A DNA stretch of 64,000 nt from Octopus vulgaris (GCA_951406725.2 OX597832.1:19034001-19098000), one strand, 5' to 3'; shown: positions 42,924 through 56,387, counted from the first letter of the stretch. Numbers and translations: made by a program. The notes: generated by a model from the sequence alone, not told the origin.

Positions 42924-42986
<63 letters not shown>

Positions 42987-43168
42987 TTCATATGTATATA
43001 TATACATATATACGACGGGCTTCTTTCAGTTTCCGTCTACCAAATCCACTCACAAGGCTTTGGTCAAACCGAGGCTATAGCAGAAGACACTTGCCCAAGG
43101 TGCCACGCAGTGAGACAGAACCCGGAACCATGTGGTTCGTAAGCAAGCTACTTACCACACAGCCACTC
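42322..43168 (-). mobile_element. SINE family A split at its internal microsatellite by a ~285 bp insert
   Basis: 3' half 42322-42640 and 5' half about 42925-43168, same orientation and correct order. Confidence 0.8.
42694..42772 (+). ncRNA. Minimal type-I hammerhead ribozyme, intact core
   Basis: Stem I aattcta/tagaatt (7 bp). CTGAAGA 42701-42707. Stem II gctg/cagc plus inner hairpin attatgtaa/ttgcataat. GAAA 42754-42757, then c-AACT-g and a GTC triplet 42763-42765. Confidence 0.78.
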
Positions 43169-43651
43169 ATATGTATCACTAACAGAATTTAGTTGTTTTC
43201 TATTACTTGTAAGAGGAGCGATGCTAAACACCTCCTAGTCCGTTTTATAAGCAATGCACCTAAGTGCAAGTAAAAATAAATGACTTCCACGTAATTTCGA
43301 AAGGAGAAACTAAATGAATATAAAAAAGTCACATCATACTCCGTTAATCTGAAAACATCTCGATATTCAACATACGCGGAGGACTATCAAGCCCGTCATG
43401 TGACAGAAAAATATTGAACGAATCTACATTCTGTCGTAATGTGTCCCTATCAAGAAGTTCTTTAAATGAATATTATTGGAATATAAATCAGCTCGGAGAA
43501 GAATCTGAAAAGCCTTGGAATAAAATATAATTAGTTACAGATTATCATCCAGCTCTTTGGTCAGAATCTTGAACCTGGCTTTGTTACTTCACCGGCACAT
43601 TTTCGGAAGAAAAGGACGTTATTCTACATCCTTTTGTTTCTCCAACTTATT

Positions 43652-43992
43652 CTGAGACCCTCTTCGGTCACAACACAGACCACGGGATTGCATTTAGAAA
43701 GTTACCCCACAAGGCACAAGTCCAGGCAAGGTTGTTTATGGAAGACCAGCAGTCACCCATGCATACAGGCCTCCCCTCGCCACACCACTAATGTTATACA
43801 AGGGAAAGGCAAAGGCCGATACAGCTTTGCACCAGTGACGTCGCAATTGATTTCTACAGCAGACTGAACTGGAGCAACGTGAAATAAAGTGTCTTGCTCA
43901 AGAACACAGCACGCAACCCGGTCCGGGATTCGAAATCACAACCTCACGATCGTAAGCTCGACGCTCTAACTACTGAGCCATGTGCCTTCACT
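43652..43992 (-). mobile_element. SINE family D (tRNA head, CORE-like block, distinct tail) with TSD
   Basis: Head gtgaaggcacatggctcagtagttagagcg, then gtgttcttgagcaagacacttt. 11-bp TSD tccaacttatt. A partial tail also occurs at 49540-49680. Confidence 0.85.
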
Positions 43993-44349
43993 TCCAACTT
44001 ATTAGTGAACACAAAAATCATATTATGATCCAATAGGATATCATGATCTGTAAATTTTACCATCGACAAGATTGGTTTTCAATCTGGTTTCGGTAGACGA
44101 CTTTAATTATTTATCATAAAACTAAATAAAGAAAAGGCTCACACGAGACTTCATCTGGTGCGACAATACATTATTTTTTTTTTATTTCTTTTCATTGTTC
44201 CGATCTTTCTGCAAATCAATAATCCCCGATGTCATTCCTTCGTATATTCACTCATAGTTATCTTCCATTTGTCGTGCACTATTACATTCTTTTTCTTCTT
44301 GTCTTCACTTTTGTTCTTTTTCTTCTTTATTAACCTCATATAATTATGT

Positions 44350-44732
44350 GGGGAAGCACTCCGTCGGTTACGACGATGAGGGTTCCGGTTGATCCGATCA
44401 ACGGAACAGCCTGCTCGTGAAATTAACGTGTAAGTGGCTGAGCACTCCACAGACACGTGTACCCTTAACGTAGTTCTCAGGGATATTCAGCGTGACACAG
44501 AGAGTGACAAGGCCGGCCCTTTGAAATACAGGTACAACAGAAACAGGAAGTAAGAGTGAGAGAAAGTTGTGGTGAAAGAGTACAGCAGGGATCACCACCA
44601 CCACCCTGCCGGAGCCTCGTGAAGCTTTAGGTGTTTTCGCTCAATAAACACTCACAACGCCCGGTCTGGGAATCGAAACCGCGATCCTACGACCGCGAGT
44701 CCGCTGCCCTAACCAATGGGCCATTGCGCCTC
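44350..44732 (-). mobile_element. SINE family B, full length with TSD
   Basis: 13-bp TSD catataattatgt (44337-44349 / 44733-44745). Confidence 0.93.
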
Positions 44733-45321
44733 CATATAATTATGTATAGATGGAGAAGAAAAAAAAAAATTAATTGTATGGGAGCTCAAGACTTCTGTAA
44801 AAACGTTCCACGGTAATCGATTCAGAAATGAAAAGAGAGAGAGAAAAAAACCCCCAACAACCCGAAACAAATGAAGATGTATAAGTGATATGAAGGTGGA
44901 CAAAGTTTAATTGCCATAATACAGGTACGGGATATCTTCGCATCAACAATTTTTTTCCTTTTTTTTAAAAAAAAGGGAGGGCGCTGATCATATCAAAGGG
45001 CATGTGAACAGCACTGCACCCTTAATGGTCTACATTAATAACGACACGGTGATGCCCTTCTATTTACTTATCACAAAATATTGAACAAAATAAATGACCA
45101 AAGAAAACGAGAGAGCAGTGTCTGTGAACCATGTCAGTATTGTTGTATGAGGTGAAAAGACCGCGGTAACTTAAATTGTAGTTATTACCGTCCTCTACAT
45201 CTTTCTTATTCACTTTCTGCTTCCATCCCTATTTCTCTTTCTCTCATTCTGTGTATGTGTATAAATACACATATATGTATATGTATATATATATATTAGT
45301 CTCTCTAATATGTGTGTATAT

Positions 45322-45714
45322 GTGGAGGCGCAATGGCCCAGTGGTTAGGGCAGCGGACTCGCTTGTCGTAGGATCGCGGTTTCGATTCCCAGACCGGGCG
45401 TTGTGAGTGTTTATTGAGCGGAAAAAACCCTACGAGCTCCAAGGGGCTCCGGCAGGGGATGGTGGTGATCCCTGCTGTACTCTTTCACCACAACTTTCTC
45501 TCACTCTTACTTCCTGTTTCTGTTGTACCTGTATTTCAAAAAGGGCCGGCCTTGTCACTCTCTGTGTCACGCTGAATATCCCCGAGAACTACGTTAAGGG
45601 TACACGTGTCTGTGGAGTGCTCAGCCACTTACACGTTAATTTCACGAGCAGGCTGTTCCGTTGATCGGATCAACCGGAACCCTCGTCGTCGTAACCGACG
45701 GAGTGCTTCCATCC
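45322..45714 (+). mobile_element. SINE family B, full length with TSD
   Basis: 12-bp TSD atatgtgtgtat (45308-45319 / 45715-45726). Confidence 0.93.
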
Positions 45715-46080
45715 ATATGTGTGTATCTGTAAAGTGACAGAAACAGAGAAAGACAAACAAACAGACAGACAGAGCGAGGGAGAGAGAGACAGACAGACAG
45801 AGGCAGGGTGAGAGAAAGATTGACAGCATCGTATTATAGTTACGAATGGTAGCAACTGACTATGTTTTTTTATCAATATTGGTGCTCTCCGCGCTGATTG
45901 CTTAGTGATATCATCTGCTCCTTGTTAGCGAAATGTCTCGTCACAAGGTCACCATAATAAGCGACTTCCAGTGCATGCAGATACGCAGGCTTCCACACAT
46001 ATTCATACAAACACCACCCTACAAGCGCACACACATACACACACACACACACACAAACACGCACACACACATATATATAT

Positions 46081-46186
46081 ACGTGGCTTAGAGGCTAAGG
46101 TATTCGGTTTATGATCGTAACGTCAAGAGTTCGATTCCGTGTCAGAACATTGAGTCCTTGAGAAAGACACTTTATTTCTCGTTGCG
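46081..46186 (+). mobile_element. SINE family C/D head fragment
   Basis: cgtggcttag...gagttcgattcc...gtccttgagaaagacactttatttc. Confidence 0.6.
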
Positions 46187-47120
46187 AGTTAATTTGTTGA
46201 CGTAGACCGCTCATAAAGCAAAAACTGGTAAAGCAGAGCAATAATTTCCCATAGTAGCAATATTATAAATATTCGTTCACAGAACGAACACTCATATAAT
46301 ACTCATAAAGGAGTAAAGAAGAATTTAAAGAATATTTTATGTAAAGTAAAATGTGAAGATCATTTATAATAAAAAGTATCATTATTATTATTATCATTTT
46401 CTGAATCACTTTCACTCACACTAGACTCACGCACACAACCACTTGTAGACATGATCGTCGATTCACAAGCACCCGTAGACGGACTTGTAAATTTTGTTTA
46501 AGAAAACAAGTCTAGATTTGCTTGCTTAGAAGACTTTTTCGCTCTCTATAAATTTCTCGGTCACATGCAGAAGCATTTGTTATGGTAGTAGAAACTTCTG
46601 CACTTCATTCAAAATTCATTCAAAACCCGAGGATCACTTAAAGCAGGTTCTCGTAAAGTGAGGTATTACTGTATTTTCCTTTTCATTTACTTGCTCTCGT
46701 GGAATTGTAAGATTGTGTAGGGGATCCTTAAAAACTGATATTTGGTGTAATAGATTCCTGAGAGTGGCAGTATTAGTACGTCTTGTGATGGAAACAATGT
46801 TGAGTAGAAGGAGAGGAGAGACAAGAAATTCTGTAGCGCCTAAGCAGAAGTAGGATGAGACTAGGGTGTTCCGAGAAACATAGATCTGTGTAGTCTCAGC
46901 AAAGAAGAGCAGAGAGAGGAGCCAGCACGCTTGTTTTCCAAAATCAAGAACGCGTAGTCAAATGGCATTTCCATCAGTTTGGTCTCAGGTATCTTTATAA
47001 ACTGCAAACTTAATATACATAACTGAATTAGCGATACATTTACGCCGATACCATTTCTAAAGAGCAATGCCCTATAACAATAATACACCTTTCTAGTAAA
47101 GGCACAAAAACTGATATGTG

Positions 47121-47550
47121 TGAGAGGGGGACTAGTCGATTGCATCAACCCCACTGCTTCAAAGGTACGTAATTTATCAACCCGGAAGGTTGAAGAACAC
47201 AGTCTACCTTGTCGACATTTGAACTCAGAAAGTAAACACGGACGAAATGCCGTTAAACATTCTGTCCGACGTGCTAACGATTCAACCTGTTCGCCGTTTT
47301 AATAATACTAATAATATTTTCTGCAATAGGCACAAGGCCTGAAATTTTGAGGGGAGGGGACCAGTCGATTATATTGACTCCAGTACGCAACTGGTACTTA
47401 ATTTATCGACCTCGAAAGAATGAAAAGCAAAGTCGATTCCGGTGGAATTTGACCTCAGAACGTAGCGACGGGCAAAATGCTAAGCTTTTCGCCCGGCGTA
47501 CTAACTGCCGGCTTAACAACAACCACGACGACAACAACAACAACAACAAC

Positions 47551-47584
<34 letters not shown>

Positions 47585-47750
47585 GTAATAATAATAATAG
47601 AAGTAGAGTTCCAAGTCTGAGGTACGGCCAGCAATTTTAGAGGGAGAGTTTAATGGACTGCAATGAGACCTCTGCTCAACTGGTAATTATTTTACCGAGC
47701 CCGGAATGATGACGTATGAAATTGACCTTTGGATTTCAAGTTAGAATGTC
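47121..47750 (-). mobile_element. Three SINE family E copies in tandem (variable divergence)
   Basis: Copies at about 47121-47300, 47325-47512 and 47620-47750. Confidence 0.7.
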
Positions 47751-48486
47751 TAAGAAAGGGAATATCGTATTCGTCGTAATTTTTCTGGATGTCAAATATC
47801 CATATGTGATTTGGAGGTTTGATATACAACGTTATACTGATGATATATAATGAGGCAGAAACATGCGTTCATAGATTTTCCTTCGTTCGAAACTAAAACC
47901 ATAGCATATAAATATGTGAAAAGTATGTGTATAGCATGTGTATAGGTATGTTTGTATGATATTCTATGAGAGCCCGACTCAGTCATAATGGCCTAATGAT
48001 ATTGCTACGATTTTTATATCGAAAATGTACTAAATATGTACGTCAATAAAAATCATTTTTATGAAAATGGTTAGATGTAAAGCAGTAGAAATCTAGCTGC
48101 TATATCTAGCGAGGAGAATGCCCACGTTTGGCCTATCGTGCTGAATCGGATTGGGTCCTTTCATTAATACATTAGCTTTTAAGCTTTGCGTGTAGGTGGA
48201 AATAGAGCGTCTCCCTCTTATCACATCGCCGTGATTAACAAGCGAAAGGACGTGATGTCCAGCGAAGCAAAACAGCTAAATATAGTATCAATATTTCACG
48301 CTTAGACATAGAGGAGGCGTGAGTTGGCCTACCCACCGAACCCTCACAAAACTATTTGATCTAATACCTGCATACACGCACTAATACATACAACGTGTGT
48401 GTCTGTATATCTGTAAACGTGTACGTACGTATTTCTGTTTACGAACACATATGCATGTATGTGTATATATATATATATATATGTGT

Positions 48487-48528
<42 letters not shown>

Positions 48529-48790
48529 ACGAATTAGTTAATAAGAGAAATTGGTGAGACGCAAGGATGGGCCAACAAAAATATGAGATTGATTGATTGA
48601 TAGATGAAAGAATACGTAGAAAGAAAATCGTCAAACAGTGATGAAGTACATAATTTAGAATAAAATGGTTTGGGGTAGATGAAAGTTAAATCTTATATAT
48701 ATATGTTATGGGTGGATAAATTATGTTTTTTCATAAACTATTCTGCATACTATCAAAACAAGTTTGCACGTATGTATATATGTATGTAAG

Positions 48791-48824
<34 letters not shown>

Positions 48825-48938
48825 TGTATGTATGTATGTATGTATGTATATATATATATACTTATAAATATACACATATATATCTTTCTCTCTCTCTCTC
48901 TCTCTCTACATGCATTCATACATACATATATATATAAT

Positions 48939-49230
48939 AAAATATTAGGGAATAAATTCAAACTTACAGGGAAAAATCAGATTTAGGATTGAATCCAATT
49001 TTATAGTAAAATATTATATTATATTAAATTAGAGTTAAAATCACTATTAGGCAAATCAAACAATGAAAAAGTTAAGCCAATACATAAAATTAATTAATTT
49101 ATATTATTTTAAATATATATCAAAAGTATTAAAAGTTTAATAAAAGATAATGAGTAAAACACATATGTATTGGCTTAAGTTTTTCATTGTTTGATTTGCC
49201 TAATAGTGGTTTTATCTCTAATTTAATATA
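48939..49230. repeat. Head-to-head inverted repeat of PLE-like family P2
   Basis: Arms about 49020-49086 / 49164-49230 with an AT-rich spacer. Homologous to 33645-33897 and 63496-63560. Confidence 0.85.
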
Positions 49231-49333
49231 TATATATATATATATGTATAAACAATTGCATCGTGGAAGGTGCTTTTAAGCCATTTAAGAAATAGACAAA
49301 AACTGTTAGATTCGCTACAACATTTAAATTTCA

Positions 49334-49384
49334 TTTGTAATAATATTTTCGTCGATTTGAGACCGTGACTTGTTCACTGACAAA
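49334..49384 (-). ncRNA. Hammerhead-like motif with G3-C8 core variant
   Basis: Minus strand tttgtca-GTGAACA-a-gtc..gac-GAAA-atatta-ttacaaa. Confidence 0.4.
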
Positions 49385-49397
49385 ATTCCGTGCTTCA

Positions 49398-49536
<139 letters not shown>

Positions 49537-49681
49537 ATAAAGACCCCTTCGGTCATGAATGACCATGGATTACCTAAGTTACCCGACACAAGTCTGGCAA
49601 GTGTTTATGGAAGCCAGCAGTCGCCTGCTACAGCTCCCCTCACGCCACGTGTTATCAGGGGACAAAGGTCATATGGCACCA

Positions 49682-49749
<68 letters not shown>

Positions 49750-50294
49750 TGAGCCAAAAGGAATAATACACAGTCGTGAATGGTACAAATGTGGAAAATA
49801 CTGACGAATAAAGTTATATTAAAGTTAAATCTGTTGAGGTATTAAAAATAATGACTCTCCGACGGAAAAACATTTCAATACCAACAAGAAGATGTTTCCA
49901 TTAATCGAGATATTTTTGCCAATTGCTGTAATTTCATTCAATGCAAAAATGTTCACAGCATTTGGAAGATTGTAAACTGAAATATAATTTAGTTAAGATG
50001 CATATTTTTGAGTTCGTATCCCATTCAAGATAAATTCTTGATTATTGAAATTATCTTCACTGAAAGAAGAAATATGTTATAAAATACTCTTTCTAAGGGA
50101 ATAATTTCAATATTCACGAATCATCATCTGAGAATGCTTGAATGATTGGATTATCTCCCCTTCACATTTGCAACTGGTCGCAGTTGCTACAAAGCCTTTG
50201 TTTACATTTCTCCAAATGTTAGCACGAGAAGTTGGATTGTAGAGCATTCATACATACATACATACATACATACATACATACATACATACATACA

Positions 50295-50328
<34 letters not shown>

Positions 50329-51071
50329 GCGTATGATCAATTAATGGAATGAAGTTCTACGAATTCATTCATATTTCTCAAAAATGGAGGTGGTTAGATG
50401 TTAAAAAGTGGTAAAAAGTTTATTCATGCATATAATCATTTTGTATATAGATATAAATTCATTTTAGAATTTATTAATATCATAGTACACATCAGTGCAG
50501 AGAAAATTACAGGAACTTAAAATAAGAGCAGAGAAATTGGATCCATGAGTTTCACGTTTATCTGTTCTATTCAACTGTGATAGAGATGGGGTCACATCAC
50601 TCATAAACCACAGTTTATATTATATCATAGTGTACAATTTCGTGATAGAAAGGTCAACGTAAAAGAAAAAATACCCCATTTGGTGACAAATGAATATTAC
50701 TTAATAAATACATTATATATTTTTATGAGCTTCTAACAGATTCATGCGATACAGACAACTCAGACAGCATTTTATAACACGTCTGGTGCCTTCTCCAGAG
50801 TTGATTTCATCACATGAAACTATGAATAGCTCATAAATACATATCCAGTCTTTATTAAATAATGTGTGTGTGTGCGTGTGTGTGTGTCTGTGTGTGTGTC
50901 TGTGTGTATATTCGAACTGTCCGGATGTTTTGTTGTCACCTGTTACGTTTTTATATATACATATAGCGGCGTACGTACACTTTTGGTCTCTTGTAGCATC
51001 TCTTATATTCCTTCTCATGACTTTCATCCCTTATGTTCTTGCCATAAGGCTTTACTTCCACACACGCCAGC

Positions 51072-51355
51072 TTAATTCAATTCGTTCTTAGTCGAAAGAC
51101 ACCTGTTGTTAATGACCTGTTGTTTGTATTTGTGACTGTGTACCATTTCTGCGTTTGCTTCTTTTTGTCGTTTCCTTTCTGCCAAGGAGTCTAGTGCTCT
51201 TAGCTTAGATTTTCTTTGTGCAAGGCAGATTGGAGCAGTCTCGAGTGTAACCGTCCGATACTGCAAATACGAACTGGAACTCGACTGAGGATAGGAAGCT
51301 CCGAAAGACCTGTCCTTTTTTGAATCGTCTAAATGTCCGGGTGTTTTGTTGTCGC
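51072..51355 (-). CDS. Candidate terminal coding exon of an unidentified host gene
   Basis: AG acceptor (tactaatag|gc), 93 sense codons in phase 1 (DNKTPGHLDDSKKDRSF...KNELN*), non-repetitive, higher GC. No recognised domain. Confidence 0.35.
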
Positions 51356-51730
51356 CTATTAGTATAATTTATGATATATAAAGGAACATGTTTCAATGTT
51401 AATCGGAGAATGGTGACCATGAAATGAAAATAAAATCAACAGTTTAATCATTTGCATTATATTTCATAACAATATTTCGTTTTTTAAATGTGTTTTTCAT
51501 AGAAAACTGGTGTGAACGTTCTTAGTCCTCAACAGTTGAAACATGAGAAAATAAACTTTCATTAAATATACGCTACAGAGAGCATACTTACTGCTTACTG
51601 ACATTAGATAATATAGTAATGGATATCTTTAACATTACGAATATATCACGGCTGAAATGCTTTTGATCATAGATTTCTTTGATGAAGTCCGACGTGCGAT
51701 GAAATTACAAAAATAAAAAATAAATAAAAA

Positions 51731-51881
<151 letters not shown>

Positions 51882-52156
51882 CGTTTCTGCTAAAGGCTCA
51901 ACGCCTGAATTTTTCAGAGAAGGGGACTAGTCGATTACATTGACCCCAGAGTTTCACTGGTACTAAAATTATCGACTTCGAAAGAATGAAAGTCAAAATG
52001 ATAAATAAAACAGATGTGCTCTTAAAGGTATGTGTTCGTAAACAGAATTATTGCGTTATACCTAGATATTTCATACAGTTGGCATTATACAAGGGCATTT
52101 TCTGCAGCATAGTTCTGCATAATTCAATTGATGTTTGTGTGTAAACACACACGCAG

Positions 52157-52191
<35 letters not shown>

Positions 52192-52194
52192 TAG

Positions 52195-52382
52195 TCGCCG
52201 TGATAGATCGGTAACCATTACACACACTTTTTTTTCTCTCCTTGTTTTTTTTCTGTGCCCTTTTCTGTAGAAGAGCGTAGGCTCGAAACGTAAAAGACTT
52301 TTTCTATTCCTGAGCGTTATACAAAAACATGTTTGCTTTATACACCACCTGTCTTCGTCTTTTGTTTTTTCCTGAACTCTCT
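52195..52382 (+). mobile_element. PLE-like pseudo-LTR repeat family P1 with hammerhead-like motif
   Basis: tttt-CTGTAGA-a-gagc-gtag-gctc-GAAA-c-GTA-aaag at 52261-52296. Colinear with the other two P1 copies. Confidence 0.7.
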
Positions 52383-52869
52383 ACATATATATATATTGGT
52401 TTGTTCTTCTCTGTGTTTGTACCACAACACAGCTTGATAGCTGGTTTCCTTAATTGCCCGTAGCTTAACAGTTCGGCAAACAGTGACCGAATGAATTAGT
52501 ACCAGGTTTTAAAATAAGGGTTGGAATCGATTTGTGCGACCAAACCCTTCAATGCTCCACCCAGGTCGCAACCTGGTGTGTGTGCATGTGTATTCGTGTG
52601 TGACTGTATTTCAGGATTTGTATTGAGATATGAGTTTGCCTAATGAGATGCACGTGATATATATATGGCGCCAAACATTGTGACATTGGTAAAGATAACT
52701 GCGTTATCGATGTTAGCGTTGGTGAAGGTGATATTGTCCGCTGAATATATTAATAACATCGATGAAAGCATAATCTGAGAACTGGAGGATAAGATGTTGT
52801 GTGTCATCGCATATTACTGTTAGAGTGATTATGTTGATGACCATAAAGGGAAGGAAGATGACTAAAATG

Positions 52870-53215
52870 GTGACGATAATAATGATGATAATGATGATGA
52901 GGAGGAGGAAGAGGAGGAGGAGAGGGGGAAGCAGAAAGCTAAGGATGACGCCGATAATGATGGTGATGATGATGTTTTGGGTGTTCTGCTGTTTCTGTTG
53001 GATGCTGAAAATGATTGCGATGATAATGACATTAATGATGATGTATATAATGCAAATGATAATGAAGATGATGTTGATGATAATGATGATGATGATGACG
53101 ATGACGATGATGACGACGATGACGACGAGGATGATGATGATGATGATGACGACGATGATGACGGTGATGATGATGATGTTGATGATGATGATGAAGATGA
53201 TGATGATGATGATGT

Positions 53216-53246
<31 letters not shown>

Positions 53247-53258
53247 AATGATGATGAT

Positions 53259-53312
<54 letters not shown>

Positions 53313-53515
53313 CGACGACGATGATGATGACGATGACGATGATGATGATGATGAGGATGATGATGATGATGATGAGGATGATGATGGTGTGGTGATGATG
53401 ACGTTGATGATGATGATGAGGATGATGATCATAATGATGGCGACGACGACGATGATGATGATGATGATGATGACGATGATGACGATGACGATGATGATGA
53501 TGACGATGACGATGG
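52870..53515. repeat. (GAT)n/(GAC)n degenerate microsatellite
   Basis: About 650 bp tandem trinucleotide tract. Confidence 0.95.
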
Positions 53516-54418
53516 AATATGAGGAAATTTCGAATTTGATGAGTAAGCATCACGTCACCATAACGTTGATGTAGATAACTATGATGATGGACATATGTTA
53601 GATATACAGAAAACGATTGTATTTATAGCAATCATAACGAACTTGATAAGACACGCTCGATTCGTATCGAAATTATATGAAAAACATTTAAATAATCCCA
53701 TCTACAAATGATAGTAGGGACATAGCGCTTACACCAGTTAAACCTTGCCCCACGAATTTACAAAAGAAAAGGGCACATTGAATTATTTGACCCTATGTTT
53801 CTCTGCGTTATGACAAGCCACACAGGTGGTGGAATGATTTTGATTTTGACATAACGCAAGAAGTTTTGTAAGGAGGGCGTTAGTCCATACCATAGATCCT
53901 CGATTGACAATTTGATTGCCAATTTGTTTTATCGTCCCCAAGGTTGAAGTGCAAAGTCAACCACGAGTGCGTTTTTTTGTTCAATTTGTAAAGAAACGGG
54001 ATAAATACCGTGTTTTTCAAATGCGCAAGCGATTCTACCAAATCCTCTAAATGTGCTTGGTTTGTGTGATCAAACCAATTAATTATTGCATCGAACGTTA
54101 ATGATGAAAGACCTAATCAATAGCACCGGTATGAATTAAACTGATTGCAAAATGTAGGGAGATACTAATAATTTGGTATTCACCTGCATTTTTCCACCGA
54201 TGATCTCTTGATAATAAATTTTGTTTAATTCTGGCACGATGCCAGAAGATCTGTAGTTTTGAGAAAATGGATTTACTTAATTACATCAACAGGTAATTCT
54301 TTCTTTCACTCCGAAATTATGAAAGGTAAAGTTGAGATCGGTGGGATTTGAACTCAGAACGTAAAAATTCATAATTAATGCCGCTAAAAACAATATTTTT
54401 TTTTACCGAATAACAAAT

Positions 54419-54785
54419 GATGGATGGAAGCACTCCGTCGGTTACGACGACGAGAGTTCCGGTTGATCCGAATCAACGGAACAGCCTGCTCGTGAGATTT
54501 ACGTGTAAGTGGCTGAGCACTCCACAGACACGTGTACCCTTAACGTAGTTCTCGGGGATATTCAGCGTGACACAGAGAGTGACAAGGCCGGCCCTTTGAA
54601 ATACAACAGAAACAGGAAGTAAGAGTGAGAGAAAGTTGTGGTGAAAGAGTACAGCAGGGATCACTACCGTCCCCTGCCGGAACCTCGTGGAACTTTTAGG
54701 TGTTTTCGCTCAATAAACATAGGATCGAAACCGCGATCCTATGACCGCGAGTCCGCTGCCCTAACCACTGGGCCATTGCGCCTCC
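54419..54785 (-). mobile_element. SINE family B with TSD (two small internal deletions)
   Basis: 14-bp TSD accgaataacaaat (54405-54418 / 54786-54799). Confidence 0.93.
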
Positions 54786-55518
54786 ACCGAATAACAAATA
54801 TGTTATAGGGGAATATGTTGAAAAAAATCATAATTCATCTTCTTGTACTTACTTTTCCTGAAAGCCAGGAACCTTTCAGCCTCCCCTCGTATTTATTTTA
54901 TATAATTCAAACTGCACATGCTTCTCGAATCTACATGCCATACATAAAACGATTGGTGAAAAGATTTCCACATCGTGAACCCCCACATCTTAACCTCGCC
55001 TTTGTACAATTTAATCGTTTCGATTTAAACTGACATACACGTTTCATAACTATGGCAGTAGATTTAATTGAACGGCTGAAGCGGTGTATTTTCTTCGCTT
55101 TTAGTTTCCTTCTTCACAACATTATAGTAATTTAGTATTGCGATATCAATAATTAGTGTACTATTGTTATTTTTGTCGTATGATATGATGTCGTGTTTAT
55201 TATATGCTAGCTGATGATTGATTTCTATACCAAATTTTCATGGAGTTTTTGTTTTGTTACATTCTCAGACGAGTGACGTGTCATGTGAGTACTAAAATGA
55301 TACTTTTTTTTAAAACTCAGATGAAACCAGAAGGCGAAGATACATGCAAAACAGCCATGCTATCCTAATTTATTTCCAAGAATATTTTGTCGTCGCTAAT
55401 GGATAGCATAGAGATTTAATGCGTTGCATTGTTTTAGAAAATACTTAGCATTGCTGCCGCTTTTACTACTACTACTACTACAATGACGTCTACATTTACT
55501 AATGCTAATGCTACAGTT

Positions 55519-55825
55519 GTGGAGGCACATGGCCTAGTGGTTAGAGCAGCGGATCCGCGGTCGAGGGATCGCGGGTTCGAATCTCACACCGGGCGATGTG
55601 TCTACTTATGAGCGAAACACCAAAGTTCCCCGCGGCTCCGGCAGAAGGTAAAGGCGAACCTCTGCTGACTCTTTCGCCACAACTTCCTCTCACTCTTTCC
55701 TCCTGCTTCTTGCAGCTCACTTGCGACGGACCGGCGTCCCCTCCAGGTGGGGAACCTGTACACCAAGGAAACCGGGAAACCGGCCCTATGACCCAGGAGT
55801 GGCTCGAGAAGAAATAAACAACAAC
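55519..55825 (+). mobile_element. Chimeric SINE: B-type head with V-domain-like tail
   Basis: B-like head and body, then gcgacggaccggcgtccc.tccaggtggggaacc..gaaaccgggaaaccggccctatga and an (AAC)n tail. TSD aatg(c/a)tacagtt. Confidence 0.85.
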
Positions 55826-56387
55826 AATGATACAGTTATTATTATTATTGTTGTTGTTGTTGTTATTATTATTTATTATTATTATTATTATCATTATTAT
55901 AATTATCGTTTTGTTAAATTATTGAGTGCAATGGACGGGCCCACGTTACAAACATTTCGACAAAATTGCATTTACCACGATAACTTTGATAGCATTTTCT
56001 GTATGGTTTCACCAAGAGATGTATTTTCAATGTTTAATCTTCCATCACATTATACAGAGATGATGAGAAATCTCGGTTCTTCGGAAATATACGATATTTT
56101 ACTAGCGATTCAACATTAACTGGTTTTGGAAGGCGAGAAGACGTGCTAGCCGCAATGCCACACAACCGGCGGCAATGACAACGTCGACCTACTCAATATT
56201 GTTTAGTAAAGTAGAATTTATACAGGCAACAACTGTTCAAAGCAACAGGCTGTTACATTATATTAAACACAAAAGGGGAAATGGTGATGCTGCAAAGAAT
56301 GCCAGTGGCAGCGTCAACGGCTTTACCAATATTACTAGCCAGAGGGAAGTGTGAACATAGAACAGCTTCCAGAAATAGTAAAATATT

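Noticed and set aside
45324-45398. tRNA-like sequence (also heads of other SINE A-D copies)
   Set aside because: SINE heads continuing into SINE bodies with TSDs, not free-standing tRNA genes.
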